Below are positions 18,901 through 27,900 of a stretch of DNA of 64,000 nt, piece after piece (the stretch's first letter is position 1; every line of letters starts with the position of its first letter). A program made the position numbers and the translations under genes. The stretch is from Saccharophagus degradans 2-40 (GTDB lineage Bacteria; Pseudomonadota; Gammaproteobacteria; Pseudomonadales; Cellvibrionaceae): the NCBI RefSeq assembly GCF_000013665.1, contig NC_007912.1, positions 4,399,684 to 4,463,683 on the forward strand. The letters are read 5' to 3'. Under the pieces are notes generated by a model. It was not told where the DNA came from. It was given only the letters and a program-made list of their open reading frames with translations, and made no database searches.

Positions 18901-21420
18901 AAGTGACGCTACGGTGACAGATTCACCGGCCACCATCACTTTGTAATTGTTAAAGTTAGGCACCATGCGAGAGTGGGCAGTGCCTGCTGCATCAGTAATG
19001 GAAATTTCTCTAAAATAACCGCTACCGCTATCAATGAGGTAATTACTTTTTAGTAACAAATCCATTAAGAACAGTGCTGAGCGAATATTAATAGAGCTTT
19101 CACTGGTAAGCGTGCGACCAAACAACGTTGAAGGTACAGAAGACGTTAACCCTCGCGCTACACGGTCACGTGCACTGATGTAATCAGGCGCGGCTGGTGT
19201 AGTTGCACTGCCTAATACTAAGGTGCGGTAGTCGGTAGCGACTTCTGGGTAAACATCTAATAGAACATTTACTAAATCAAAATTCACACCCTGCTGGAAT
19301 TCAGCACGCTGGATAGCAGACTGCACAGCGTTGGGGGCAAATTGTGCGTAAAAACTTAAACGCTCGGTTAATAGTGCCGCCGTTTCTGTAGCAGAAGTAC
19401 CTAAGGTTAAGCTAAGTGCTCGCACAAGCTCTGAGCTGCTTATTACATCAGCACCACCGGCTAAGGGGGTTAAGCGATCATTAAATATTGGGAACCCTTC
19501 TGGCGTTAAATGCACAGATTCAGTTGCCCAAGTAAAGCTGCTGGCAAGTACAGATGCCAAACGCTTCACTTTAATAGTGCTGTCTTTGTTCGCTACCAAT
19601 TTTGCAACAACCGCTTGCGACACTAAGCTCGAGTCTTCTAAACGGCGCGACAATTGATGGTAAAGGCGCACGCGGTCAACCAAGTTGAAATCCGCTTCGC
19701 TGGGTACTGCATCGGGGTTAGTAATATTAGCAAAGGCACTATCTAAGTTAGCCTGAAACTCTTCTTCACTTAACCCACCCATTAAGCGTGGAATTAAATC
19801 GGTAAAGGCAGGCACATAATAAAGTGGTGGCTGCGGTACACCGTTATCATCCAGTACGCCAAGGGCTGCGTCTGGGTCGGCGGTGTATTTACTGGTTACC
19901 TCTAAATCACCCTCACCTATTTTAAATAAACGGATATTGCGATTACCAAAACCGCGGCTACCGGGTAATAAATTATTGGGGATGTGAGCCGGCGCATTTA
20001 AGTTGATTGCAACCACACCTGCGTCGTTGGCTTCGTTTGTTTCTACAATTACCGCCAAGCCCATACTAATAAAGAAGCGCTGAAGGGTTTGCGTTAACTG
20101 ACGATTACGCTCTGCCTCTGCAGCAGCTAGAGCTGCACTTGCATCGGCACCATCTTCTAAGTCAAACAATTCGTTCAGGCTACCGCTTACTTCGGCTTCG
20201 GTAATTTTAGCTTGCGACTCTTCGGCTATTTGTTCGTTTAGCGTCGCTTCCAAGCCAGAAAGTAAACCTTGCTGCTCACTGTCTAATGAAGAGCTTAAAG
20301 TACTTTCTTCATCTTCGACAACTTCGTCAGCTTTTACTACCGAATTTTGCAGCTCAATAAGTTCCTCGTCGGATACAGTTTCACTAGTTAGTAAAGCATC
20401 TAATGACCTAACTTCGTCAACGGAGGCCTGCACCTGCATTTCGCTTTCCTGCTGGGCAATAACACTAGCAACCGATTGCCCCTCTGGAATTTCGATGACA
20501 CTATCTTCAGCCTCTTCAATAACACGCGCAATTTCTTGCGATACCGTTGAAATTACCGATTCTGTTAGCGTGGCTACCGTTTCTTCAGAAAAGCCCAATT
20601 CATTAAGCGATTGAATTGACGTTTTAATTTGATCAACAATTGTTTTAACTACACGGTGAACAATTGGGTCGACGGTTACAGGCTTAGGAAGATTCGTTTC
20701 CTCGTCAACATCGTTAGGGTCGGCAATCGATTGAATTGCCTGTGCTGTTTGCGATTCACCTTCACCGCGTACGATTAAAGCGCGTACTGCTATGCGCCCC
20801 AAAGCTCTAAACGCAGCAAGCACGTCATCTTCAGAAGTCTCGGCAGTAACAAGCCCGCGCGCAATTAAATAAGGGCGCACATCCGCAACCGTTACTGAGT
20901 ATGCACCGTTCTCATCGGTTCGCACCGTTGCAATCGGGTTGGCAAAATTCACATCGGACAACAAGAAGAGCGAGACCAACGCACTGGCTGCCACCATGTC
21001 ATCGCGCGTTAGAGTGTCGCCTGCTCGGCTTAACTTTTGCGATTTGCTCATTTTGGCGATCGCATCAGAAGGAGCCGAAAGCTTGCGAACCACTTTGGTT
21101 TGCGTAGCGCTTTCTGTTGGGTAAGTAGCAACCGTACCAGATAAAGACACCTTAGATTGTGGTTCTGGTTCCGGTTCCGGTTCAGGCTCTGGTTCCGGCT
21201 CTGGCTCTGGCTCTGGCTCTGGCTCAGGTTCTGGTTCCGGCTCAGGTTCTGGCTGTGGCTGGGGCTCTGGTTGCGGTTCTGGCGTGGTGACACCGCCGCC
21301 ACCTCCGCCACCTCCGCCGCCGCAACTTGAGAGCGATAAAATCGTACCCGAGGCGATGAGCAAGATAAGCATCACCCTCACGACTTTCCTCAGAAAGCTT
21401 CCAACCACATTTTCATTCAT
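12910..21420 (-). CDS. Giant (2836 aa) cell-surface lipoprotein with a poly-Gly/(PE)n linker and thrombospondin type-3 Ca-binding repeats; putative adhesin
   Basis: The lipobox is LSLSSC, followed by G10 and [19 protein letters not shown].... There are 5 tandem [12 protein letters not shown] units plus [33 protein letters not shown] (TSP3 DxDxDGxxDxxDNCPxxxNxxQxDxD signature). It is Asp/Gly/Thr-rich throughout. It is one uninterrupted 8.5-kb ORF. All plus-strand ORFs inside it are antisense artefacts. Confidence 0.85.
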   Translation of the reverse strand: MNENVVGSFLRKVVRVMLILLIASGTILSLSSCGGGGGGGGGGVTTPEPQPEPQPQPEPEPEPEPEPEPEPEPEPEPEPEPEPEPEPQSKVSLSGTVATYPTESATQTKVVRKLSAPSDAIAKMSKSQKLSRAGDTLTRDDMVAASALVSLFLLSDVNFANPIATVRTDENGAYSVTVADVRPYLIARGLVTAETSEDDVLAAFRALGRIAVRALIVRGEGESQTAQAIQSIADPNDVDEETNLPKPVTVDPIVHRVVKTIVDQIKTSIQSLNELGFSEETVATLTESVISTVSQEIARVIEEAEDSVIEIPEGQSVASVIAQQESEMQVQASVDEVRSLDALLTSETVSDEELIELQNSVVKADEVVEDEESTLSSSLDSEQQGLLSGLEATLNEQIAEESQAKITEAEVSGSLNELFDLEDGADASAALAAAEAERNRQLTQTLQRFFISMGLAVIVETNEANDAGVVAINLNAPAHIPNNLLPGSRGFGNRNIRLFKIGEGDLEVTSKYTADPDAALGVLDDNGVPQPPLYYVPAFTDLIPRLMGGLSEEEFQANLDSAFANITNPDAVPSEADFNLVDRVRLYHQLSRRLEDSSLVSQAVVAKLVANKDSTIKVKRLASVLASSFTWATESVHLTPEGFPIFNDRLTPLAGGADVISSSELVRALSLTLGTSATETAALLTERLSFYAQFAPNAVQSAIQRAEFQQGVNFDLVNVLLDVYPEVATDYRTLVLGSATTPAAPDYISARDRVARGLTSSVPSTLFGRTLTSESSINIRSALFLMDLLLKSNYLIDSGSGYFREISITDAAGTAHSRMVPNFNNYKVMVAGESVTVASLVSSLLNVTAISNGEFFAAARAEVLGSIDGLPELPEFKEHNAEDFADDLGSRNDTVDISCTVERFDGADPLSSNAQQNLNLSVFAVSYNHATGEFFKGDKLDATITSTLESGSGPVRRTYTIEGLASKDGENYGRDYVLRFGISSYQTQLPELFFYVDGYAPDFNLCDAMYPMFIGPDQAFTNVPGLGIVADQSRPNGDGTSSIEGIDVSNFTVPGAPIYLTAAEESDEQGTVDFTFETTANGVSIVGANGVGFAPMFGGYNAGELELSLSDSSGLNPLFGLHSVLGANVGSVVAEAVADSSILLSEIALDPTVSFEHDRLYLMRDAGGAFWVIELRFMDSFDDPNGNQQQFIDIGFAMVNSLRNLEAPDAKFEDVPAGSAGDGGMRHYLMNYGDWVVLQNPTDYMGPDWLPDQVLSFDGNVEPYNALASATDGVFIRYASNHFGDNISSIEDFDTVFGNPPDFSSIPVRINAGRAGITFVKLSFNKQTLAYVMDPAPEFSTSFVGNLKHNNIIAIFDDMAAEPDSPAFLARVVRHLPADDPHANFEISLDVVPFADIANDSGELDPRNVVCFLDEGRTCPADMPNLAIAAAPDTVVGNVFDADFDGVPALFDPNDNDPNVPGTAPSTGGSAGGGGFNEGLHVTSLAQTDGEGGVDMSFLVETFNLYPGDIQAVLIDSAIFGADAGEQLTFTCTPATINDFGEFSDYQCSGRDVAGDVVVSLKQRSGDRVSFQLEVPTATMDVLPQRVDFEYTVQFRAPVDLNGNAFMCGSEACPARPDVSGKMGVLVPSSVSVLTDMTIEIGSEEPTSFSELTSLDVNRELKFGGAIIPGAFEYELVVYCPASLPSEDYRPEENVQFYAPARDETGRDVRPNFNVHLSWLGGRSCDFTLNARLQNDAGDFIGISSFTVEDVTTTGGDGGGYIDNEIVLQAGSTVCLASSADGGQALPSTEGCTDENTLFTVGSVAADDAPSATLNLGTGVTEAFVDGGRHHLTSGQLTSGSVVSFNVDLSNPDAEIVPPTCGVISTDEFSLSCGDMDDTSVMTDFFTGSGDGTSMGVSENFPMALVIEGPVNDQGNIDLSMPGFYVLVDPDQGSKIIELNINSFVNHEGNVELWADFTLTAGGDSYHGEGEATLDISSPAFMFIAHNSGQPVDFDVRYIRNGTVKLAWYLPPPRQSLAGDHDINGDGTTDVSATYLEGLWVFTFSDALEGVTQMTDMGHQDLTANEDGTYTGTVEESMGWGEFTLTFSDKQMNIFTDLRGNGEGHLEWWEVHGGPGGPGDCFDCPAVVAEFFLGDGGAASLFLDDGGKLTPEMTDMGAFNVEVTASGLIVSTADTTNDVGLGTFNETTGEFETGAMFEFPREANRGYYLEYTDANGVRWMVDLFDSGFDVQVRVLEDNSQACVNPDGTPCGSGCTNPDGTPCDGGCTNPDGTPCDGGCTNPDGTPCDGGCTNPDGTPCDGGCTNPDGSPCDSTEPACFNVDGSACGSESDMDVDSDGISDMVDNCRIVPNQDQADADSNGIGDACDAMVPNMSGFYMVEVAHQTGSEEYDWDTQQCVANEDELLFMEIESVGTQVFFHIESDDEDDHGLFAIMDASGGLTFIGDSNFSATGVYSEGSGTFSFSFTENHGPDDGSVVCNGAADVMGTLPAEVAEKTVIDNGVAWFWGDMWDENGDGQPDQAEFEYGALATGIVETIFGYDFDTANDWVDISAEMEGAMYITDNGIDMVDEVKLISNFVDVDQVAILENTFAGNVSTIDPQHVELFELDMFGVPIWAVLDDAYEVGLLETDTFNSGAKAYIAEITTQEDSMMFDCDWGGDGLPESLMCANGVTTQWTDNGDGTFTPVLATSLDDVINTMGQLGTSVEVSLWVGDGYDHQGGFHVKAYLVSDNGVYADANIFVMFERVNDNGQRAFFAEVAANKMTKGGIDTVGYSISDGLAKLLHMDGDELHPFVFAEDELGDGPMVRSGYMREAGAKEKGLLFNSTARDDILNAFAP

Positions 21421-21947
21421 AACCGTACCTTTAATAACTTTGCTTTAGAGTTGTGAAAGCCTAAAGAGGTGTCTCGGTCTTCGGGCTTTTACGCTATTGC
21501 AAAATTATAGGCAGCGATTTTAGACAGGCTGACTAACGAGCAATAAGAAGAAATATATGCCAAGCATTCTGTAACATTTTTTTGTCGGTTAAAATCAACA
21601 ACTTAGCGTACATAGGTGTCAACAAACCCACACATCGTCAAAAAAAAGTACATACACGCCGTGTTCCTATGAATAAAACCTAAAAAAAACCCATAGAAAA
21701 CAGTTTTGGGTTATTAAAAGTAAAATTTAAAAGCACAGAAAACAACAAGAATTGAATTTTTAAATCAAAAAAATATAAAAATAATTTACTTTTTAGTGAA
21801 CCAAATTAATTTTTTGCAAAATTCAAAACATTGAGCTAAAAGAGAGAACCAATAGAAAAAGAGGGTGAAATATAACAGGTTAATACAAAAAAAAGACTAA
21901 AAACCAGCTAAAAATTCCGAAATGTATACACCCAGAAAACTCACAAA
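21421..21947. promoter_or_regulatory. Extremely AT-rich ~520-bp upstream region of the giant lipoprotein gene (putative promoter / nucleoid-protein-bound region)
   Basis: Long A/T tracts (aaaaaatataaaaataatttactttttagtgaaccaaattaattttttgc...). No ORF is present. Confidence 0.4.
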
Positions 21948-22988
21948 TCATATTGAACGAAAGAAATGAGCAACAGATTCAAACATTGGTGTACGAAAAG
22001 AATCTAATTCATTTACTAAATGATGCTTAGCTTGATCCACAAGTACAATTTGGGCGCTAGGTGCCAGCTCTTGTAGATATTCTATATTTTTTTGCCAATC
22101 GACTGTTTTATCGCCAGTACCTTGTACTATTAATAAAGGCGTATCAGCCAACTCCGGGGCAGCTTCCCCTTTTTCAAATCGCAGCGCAATTACCCCAACC
22201 CAGCCCGCCATTGCTTTAAGCCATGGTATAGAAAGACTACGTGATTGCAGCGGATCGTGCAGTTTTAAAAAGTCGCAAAAATCTTGATTGTGTGAGTTAA
22301 CCGAAAAACCGCGCGGGAAGGTAGCCAACATAGGCCCCAGTAGCGCGATAGCGCCGCGAATAAGTGCCCACTTATGGGGCCGAATTAATGGGGCCAAATA
22401 CACAGCCTTTGCCAAAGCGCCGCGCTCACCAAAAGCCAGCTGATAGTTCATAACTGCCGCTGCACCTGTACTCTGGCCAAGCGCCATTACTGGCAACGCT
22501 GGGGCAACATGCTTGGCGTGGTTTACTGCGCTTTCCACTACAGCGGCGTAATCGGTAAAAGATTGTATCGCCGCACGCGCGCCTTCACTTAAACCATGGC
22601 CGGGCATATCTAGGGCTATTACATTGAGCCCCTCAGACAGCAAATGCTCTACTAAGGTTAAATAAAGCCCTGTGTGGTCAAACAAACCGTGAAAAAGACA
22701 CACAGTCGCGCGAGCATCGACTTGGCTCCAACTGTGAGCCACCAACTGCAAACCATTGGAAAGCGCCAAAGTACCAATACGGTATTGCGCATGAGGTTTA
22801 GCTGCACTTAGCTCAACAAAGCCGTAATGTGCAAAATAATCGGTAAACGCTGGTGAGGGGCCATCGAGTACATCCATAACGGCAGCACTATTTAGCGGGC
22901 TTAGTTGGCTGCGCAACTCGGCAATGGCGGGTTCTGTTAAGGCCTCACCTGCAACGGCGAACGAAAAGGGTAACGCATTGTTCGCCAT
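21948..22988 (-). CDS. Alpha/beta hydrolase (lysophospholipase/monoglyceride-lipase-like)
   Basis: Motifs: HGLFDHTG (oxyanion), GQSTG (GxSxG nucleophile elbow), C-terminal DxxxH. The RBS aaggaag precedes the ATG at 22986-22988 (MANNALPF). The ORF track start at 23018 is a probable over-extension. Confidence 0.8.
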   Translation of the reverse strand: MANNALPFSFAVAGEALTEPAIAELRSQLSPLNSAAVMDVLDGPSPAFTDYFAHYGFVELSAAKPHAQYRIGTLALSNGLQLVAHSWSQVDARATVCLFHGLFDHTGLYLTLVEHLLSEGLNVIALDMPGHGLSEGARAAIQSFTDYAAVVESAVNHAKHVAPALPVMALGQSTGAAAVMNYQLAFGERGALAKAVYLAPLIRPHKWALIRGAIALLGPMLATFPRGFSVNSHNQDFCDFLKLHDPLQSRSLSIPWLKAMAGWVGVIALRFEKGEAAPELADTPLLIVQGTGDKTVDWQKNIEYLQELAPSAQIVLVDQAKHHLVNELDSFRTPMFESVAHFFRSI

Positions 22989-23181
22989 AAAAGCGGCTTC
23001 CTTTAAAGAGTGATACATTCATACGCACAACAACCAAAATATAAGCTATGCGCTACGCCAATACCACCGCAAAAAATGAAATAGTTGACAGAGGCCACAG
23101 GGGCGCCACAATACGGGGAAGCACTTAGCAGATCAACACCTGCTTGAACACATTATTAACACTAAATACAGGGACTACACG

Positions 23182-24273
23182 ATGGACTGGGAGAAAGCCT
23201 ACGCTTTTATACTTACCCTTACCGCGGTGGATTATGCGGTAATTGTGGTTAACCTGCTATTAATTGCGTTTGCCCGCCCACTGCTTAAGCGCTATACCGC
23301 CGAAAATGTACCCGAAACTACCTTTGCCTTTCGCGTAAACCTGTTGCGCGGCCTAAATTTGGTAATACTACTGGTGTATAGCTACGAAGATTTTTACAAG
23401 CCCGTGGCAGAAAACAGCGGCGGAGTAAAATTTTTAGGCACCATTCTTATATTCTACTTGTGCTACCTTTCCAATTTTCTCTCCCAGCATTACATTCAAA
23501 AGCTTTACGGCAAAGCGCGGGTAATAAACGATAAAACCATTTATATAGAAACTTACCAAACCCGACTGTTAAGTATTTTAGCGGCTATATTCATTACGAT
23601 TATTGGCATTATTTCTATTGTTAAACAGCTGGGTTTCGATTCGCTGTTAGAAGCAGGGGGCGTACTGGGTTTTATTGGTGTAATGCTTGCGCTTACCCAG
23701 GGCGCATGGGCACCAGATATTATTAGTGGATTAATATTTTTAAACAGTACCCAGTTCGAAGAAGGCGATATTGTAGAAATAGACAACGGCATTATTGGGC
23801 GGGTATATAAAACTAAGTTATTTCATACGGAAATTCTAAACCTAACCAACAACCACCGCATTATGATTCGCAACTCAAAGTTGCGAGACAATGTTATACA
23901 CAATCTTTCTAAATTCGCCTCGCCCAAAGGCCTGCGAGAATGCCTAAGTTTTAATATTGGTTACGACGTGGCAATAAAAGACGTTAAACACCTGTTAAGC
24001 ACCGCCTACCAACGCGCCATAGACCAGAAAATCCCCCTAGAAGGCCAACACGACCCAGATATAAAACTACTAGAAACCGGCGACCACGCAGTGACCTGGG
24101 GCATTTTATTTTACGTAAAATCGGTAGATAAAATTGTGCCCATTCGCCGAGATTTTCGCGAAATTATATTAGCCACATCAATTGAAATGGATATTTCGCT
24201 AGCGACGCCTTTGACCCATGTTTTTAAGGGGGAAATTTTTGGAACTAGTGGACAGATAACAGATAACAGATAA
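23182..24273 (+). CDS. Mechanosensitive ion channel, MscS family
   Basis: TM helices are followed by the conserved MscS beta-domain (...GAWAPDIISGLIFLNSTQFEEGDIVEIDNGIIGRVYKTKLFHTEILNLTNNHRIMIRNSKL). The 3' end and stop lie inside a heptanucleotide repeat. Confidence 0.85.
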   Translation: MDWEKAYAFILTLTAVDYAVIVVNLLLIAFARPLLKRYTAENVPETTFAFRVNLLRGLNLVILLVYSYEDFYKPVAENSGGVKFLGTILIFYLCYLSNFLSQHYIQKLYGKARVINDKTIYIETYQTRLLSILAAIFITIIGIISIVKQLGFDSLLEAGGVLGFIGVMLALTQGAWAPDIISGLIFLNSTQFEEGDIVEIDNGIIGRVYKTKLFHTEILNLTNNHRIMIRNSKLRDNVIHNLSKFASPKGLRECLSFNIGYDVAIKDVKHLLSTAYQRAIDQKIPLEGQHDPDIKLLETGDHAVTWGILFYVKSVDKIVPIRRDFREIILATSIEMDISLATPLTHVFKGEIFGTSGQITDNR

Positions 24274-24321
24274 CAGATAACAGATAACAGATAACAGATA
24301 ACAGATAACAGATAACAGATA
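24252..24321. repeat. Microsatellite (ACAGATA)x10, heptanucleotide tandem repeat
   Basis: The sequence gacagataacagataacagataac... was read directly. It overlaps the last 7 codons and the stop of the MscS gene. Confidence 0.95.
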
Positions 24322-24372
24322 GTTTAAATTGTTGGCGAAGCTTAGCCAGCACAAAATCACAGTAATTAGCAA

Positions 24373-24951
24373 CTAGCTTCTGGTGGCTGTTTTTCTATTT
24401 AGGTAAGCGTAGAGAACGCCGGCTAGGGCGCCGAATAAGTGGGCTTCGAAGGATATGTTTGGGCGGCCGGGCAGTACGCCGAAAATCATACCGCCGTACA
24501 ATAAAACTACGCCAACAGCGATTACAATATCTAGCACGCGCCGCTGGAATACCGCCATGGCAATGGCAAGCGACCACAGGCCAAATATCCAACCACTCGC
24601 GCCTATATGCAGGCCGCCACGCGCAAATAGCCACACTAACAAGCCACTCACTACAATAATAAACAGGCTACTGCGGTAAAAAAACGGTACACCGCGTAAT
24701 AAACACAAGCTGCCAAAAATTGCCATGCCAAGCAAATTATTGGCAAGATGGTAAGTACTACCGTGTAAGAACGGCGATGTAAATATATGCAATAACGATT
24801 GCGGGTCGCGCGGCTGTATTCCCCAGCCGGCGAAACACCCACCCGTAACAATGTGCGCTACATGTACAAGTATTAACACCGCCAATACAGCGCCCAAAGT
24901 CCGAAACCCCGTGCGCAGCCGATACTTAAAACGAGAAAAGCTAGCCCTCAC
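24373..24951 (-). CDS. Rhomboid-family intramembrane serine protease
   Basis: Multi-TM protein. The catalytic GxSG is HIGASGWIFGL and the TM6 His is AHLFGALAGVLYAY. It lies 15 bp downstream of the giant AAA+ gene on the same strand. Confidence 0.8.
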   Translation of the reverse strand: MRASFSRFKYRLRTGFRTLGAVLAVLILVHVAHIVTGGCFAGWGIQPRDPQSLLHIFTSPFLHGSTYHLANNLLGMAIFGSLCLLRGVPFFYRSSLFIIVVSGLLVWLFARGGLHIGASGWIFGLWSLAIAMAVFQRRVLDIVIAVGVVLLYGGMIFGVLPGRPNISFEAHLFGALAGVLYAYLNRKTATRS

Positions 24952-24966
24952 TTTTAATAAGCTCGG

Positions 24967-27900
24967 TTACGTCGCGGGCTTATCAAGGCGATTATTTTTA
25001 ACCTGCGCTTCCAATTCGCGCAGGCGGCTAGATACTTCACTCATTTTTTCGTGCGTGCGCAAATCTATGTCTAGCTTTTTATCCATACTGCGCACTAGCG
25101 GAAAAATGCTGTGCTCAATGGTTTCAGCCAATACACTTAATATTTTATCTAAGCCAGGCACAGGCTGGTTCACCACCTCTACTTTAGGCGCCTCTGCAGG
25201 TTTATTTAAACCCGAAGCCAGCGCATTTAAGCCATCACCAAACTTACCAAGCGCTAACCGGAGCAACTTGCTATCGCGCTGTGCTTTTTTAACCGCTGCA
25301 TCATCATTGGCAGCAGCAAGCATTTCTTGCGCGCGCGATTCGGCAGTTGTCGCAATGTGATTGACGCCCTGCACCAAATCCACCAACTGCGCCACCACTT
25401 TTTGGCCAGTGTCGGCATCGTCGCCGCCCATAGCTTTGTTACGTAAAAAGTCTGCTTTAATTTCCTGCCAACGCTGGGTTTGCTCATCGGTCATATTGCC
25501 GCGCAACTCAGCTAACTTAAGTAAGTTTTCTTCTGCTCCACCGGTTAACAATTGCGCTTCGCCAAGGTAGTGATCTTGAATAAGCTGCATAAGCTCTTGG
25601 TTATTCATCACTGCCGATACCTTCTCCCCCATTTTATTCATGTTGCGGTAGCTACCCTGCAACTTAAAAGGCGGTTCGGTGCGATACTTATCCGCTTGGG
25701 CAGCAGAAATAATATATTGCTGGTTAATTTTAAGAATCACATCGCGAATAGCGAACATTTTGCGCAGCACATCGACTATTTCGTTAATTTCTGCACCACT
25801 GTATTGATGCTTTAAGTCGGTGGTTGCAACGTCTTTGCCCTCTGCTAATTTAATTAGCAAATACACATCGGCAATATCGCGTGCAGCCAAAGGTGCCAAC
25901 ACAGGGTTGGAGGTTAAGCTATTTTCGATGTAACTCATGGCAAACTGCTCGTCCATACCACCCAGCACATCACCTAGGTTGTAAATATCGGCGCGGTTAG
26001 CCAACATATCTGGAATTTTAAATACTTCACCAGATTCAGTGTATGGGTTACCAGCCATCACTACGCAGAATTTTTTACCGCGCATATCGTAAGTTTTGGA
26101 CCGGCCTTTCCAAATGCCTTCTATGCGGCGCGTGCCATCACACAGCGAAATAAACTTCTGCAAAAACTCTGGGTGCGTGTGCTGAATATCATCCAAATAC
26201 AACATCACGTTGTTGCCCATTTCTAACGCTAGGTTAAGCTTGTTCAATTCTTGCCTTGCGGTTGCGTTGGGTGCTTGCTCTGGGTCTAACGACAACACAT
26301 CGTGGCCTAATGACGGGCAATTAATTTTCATAAAGATTAAGCCAAGGCGGCTAGCCACGTATTCCATCAGTGTGGTTTTACCGTAACCGGGTGGCGAAAT
26401 CATCATCAACAAGCCCATCAAATCGGTGCGCTTGTTTTCGCCCACCGTGCCCATCTGCTTGGCGAGGTTATCGCCAATTATGGGTAAATAAGCTTCATTA
26501 ATTAGGCGGTTGCGCACAAACGAACTAAGTGGTCGCGGTTTAAATTCCTGCAAGCGCAATGCATTGCGCTCGCGCTCCGCTATAGTTTGGCGCACCGCTA
26601 GGTATTCGCGGTAGCCTTTTACAAAAACGGTGCGATGGTAATCTAAACGCAAGAAGAACTCATCGACAGCTAACGATAAACGTCTATCTACTATACGTTT
26701 GTGGTCGCCCATTAAGCCGTCTATTCGCAACTGTAGATCGGCCTCAGTTGGACGCCGGTCTATACGCTCGTCAGCATTGATCATAGCGGCAGCTTCTGGG
26801 ATATACCGCTCCAATTCGGTTAGCTTGCGCTCTTTAACCATGGCCGCCAACCACGCACACGAAAGGTTCCAGCGCTCTGCAGGCCAGCCCATCATTTTTT
26901 CTAACGCAACTTGGAACCGGCGCCAGCTATCGTCGTCGAGCGCGCGCTTTAATTCTTCAGTTAATAGGCTCGCATATTTACTACCTATAAACTCTGTGCG
27001 CTCTCGGCCCAATTCACACACTAAGTAATCGGCTGCGCGTCGCAGTTCTATGTCTTCTGCAGCTATAGGGTGGTAAGTTAAAAACTCACGCATTGCTGCG
27101 TAGACTTCATCCACTAAGAACTGATGCGCTTCGTTGCTGGCAAAATACTCGCGCATACGCGCAGCCGATTGCGCACGCTCGCCCCAGGTTTCATAGGTGA
27201 GACGTTTATTTTGTAGCTGGTCAGATATACGTTGGATATTCGCCCAAAACACTTGCGCCAAGCCCCTGCTTTTGGGGTCGAACACTAACAAATCTGCGCT
27301 TTCCATTGCCGGCACTATTGCCTGCAAAATTTTTACTGCATCGTGATCGTGAATGCCTTTTTCGTAACCCTCTTTGTAGCGTGGCGTCGCGAATTCGCGC
27401 ACCAAGCTGAGCGCTGCGTTCTCATCCTGTAGCGTGAGGTTGAGCTTCTCTAAACTTAAACCCGCTTCTTGTAATTCAGCTGCACGAATAATAGTGGCAG
27501 CGAGAAACTCCGCCCGGTAAACCGTGTCGCTTTCAGATTCGAGCGATACCTGCCAATAGGGCTTTAATGCTAGTAGCGCTTCGTCTTCGATACTTTCAAA
27601 ATAATCTGTACCTGTTAAGTGGCAGCTCAGCCCTTCGCCACGGGGGATAATGGTGAGATCTAGCTCCTGCGTGTTAACGCTAAATTTATGGCGCGGGCCA
27701 AGCTTAATAACAGAACCGCCGCCTTCATAGATATCGGATTTATCGCGCAATACACGCTGTGATTGCTCTTTAATCGCTTTGAACTTGGCTTCAATGTCAT
27801 CTGCCTTAACCGCTGCGTTTAGCTCGCGCAACTGCTCAACAAATTCGCGAACTTTGTGCACCATAGTATCGGCAGCAAAGTACGCGTTCATTTTATCGGG

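Noticed and set aside
13011-21124. Numerous plus-strand ORFs of 60-226 aa (e.g. 14381-14800, 15659-16141, 16910-17590) inside the giant gene
   Set aside because: They are antisense to one uninterrupted 8.5-kb minus-strand ORF with clear protein features, and their translations are low-complexity. The overlapping repeat-frame ORFs 14460-14684 and 14529-14870 arise from the [15 protein letters not shown] repeats.
21421-21947. Possible small genes or tRNA in the AT-rich gap
   Set aside because: No ORF of meaningful length and no cloverleaf-like GC-rich stems. The composition (~25% GC) is inconsistent with tRNA/rRNA genes. It is interpreted as a regulatory or silenced region.
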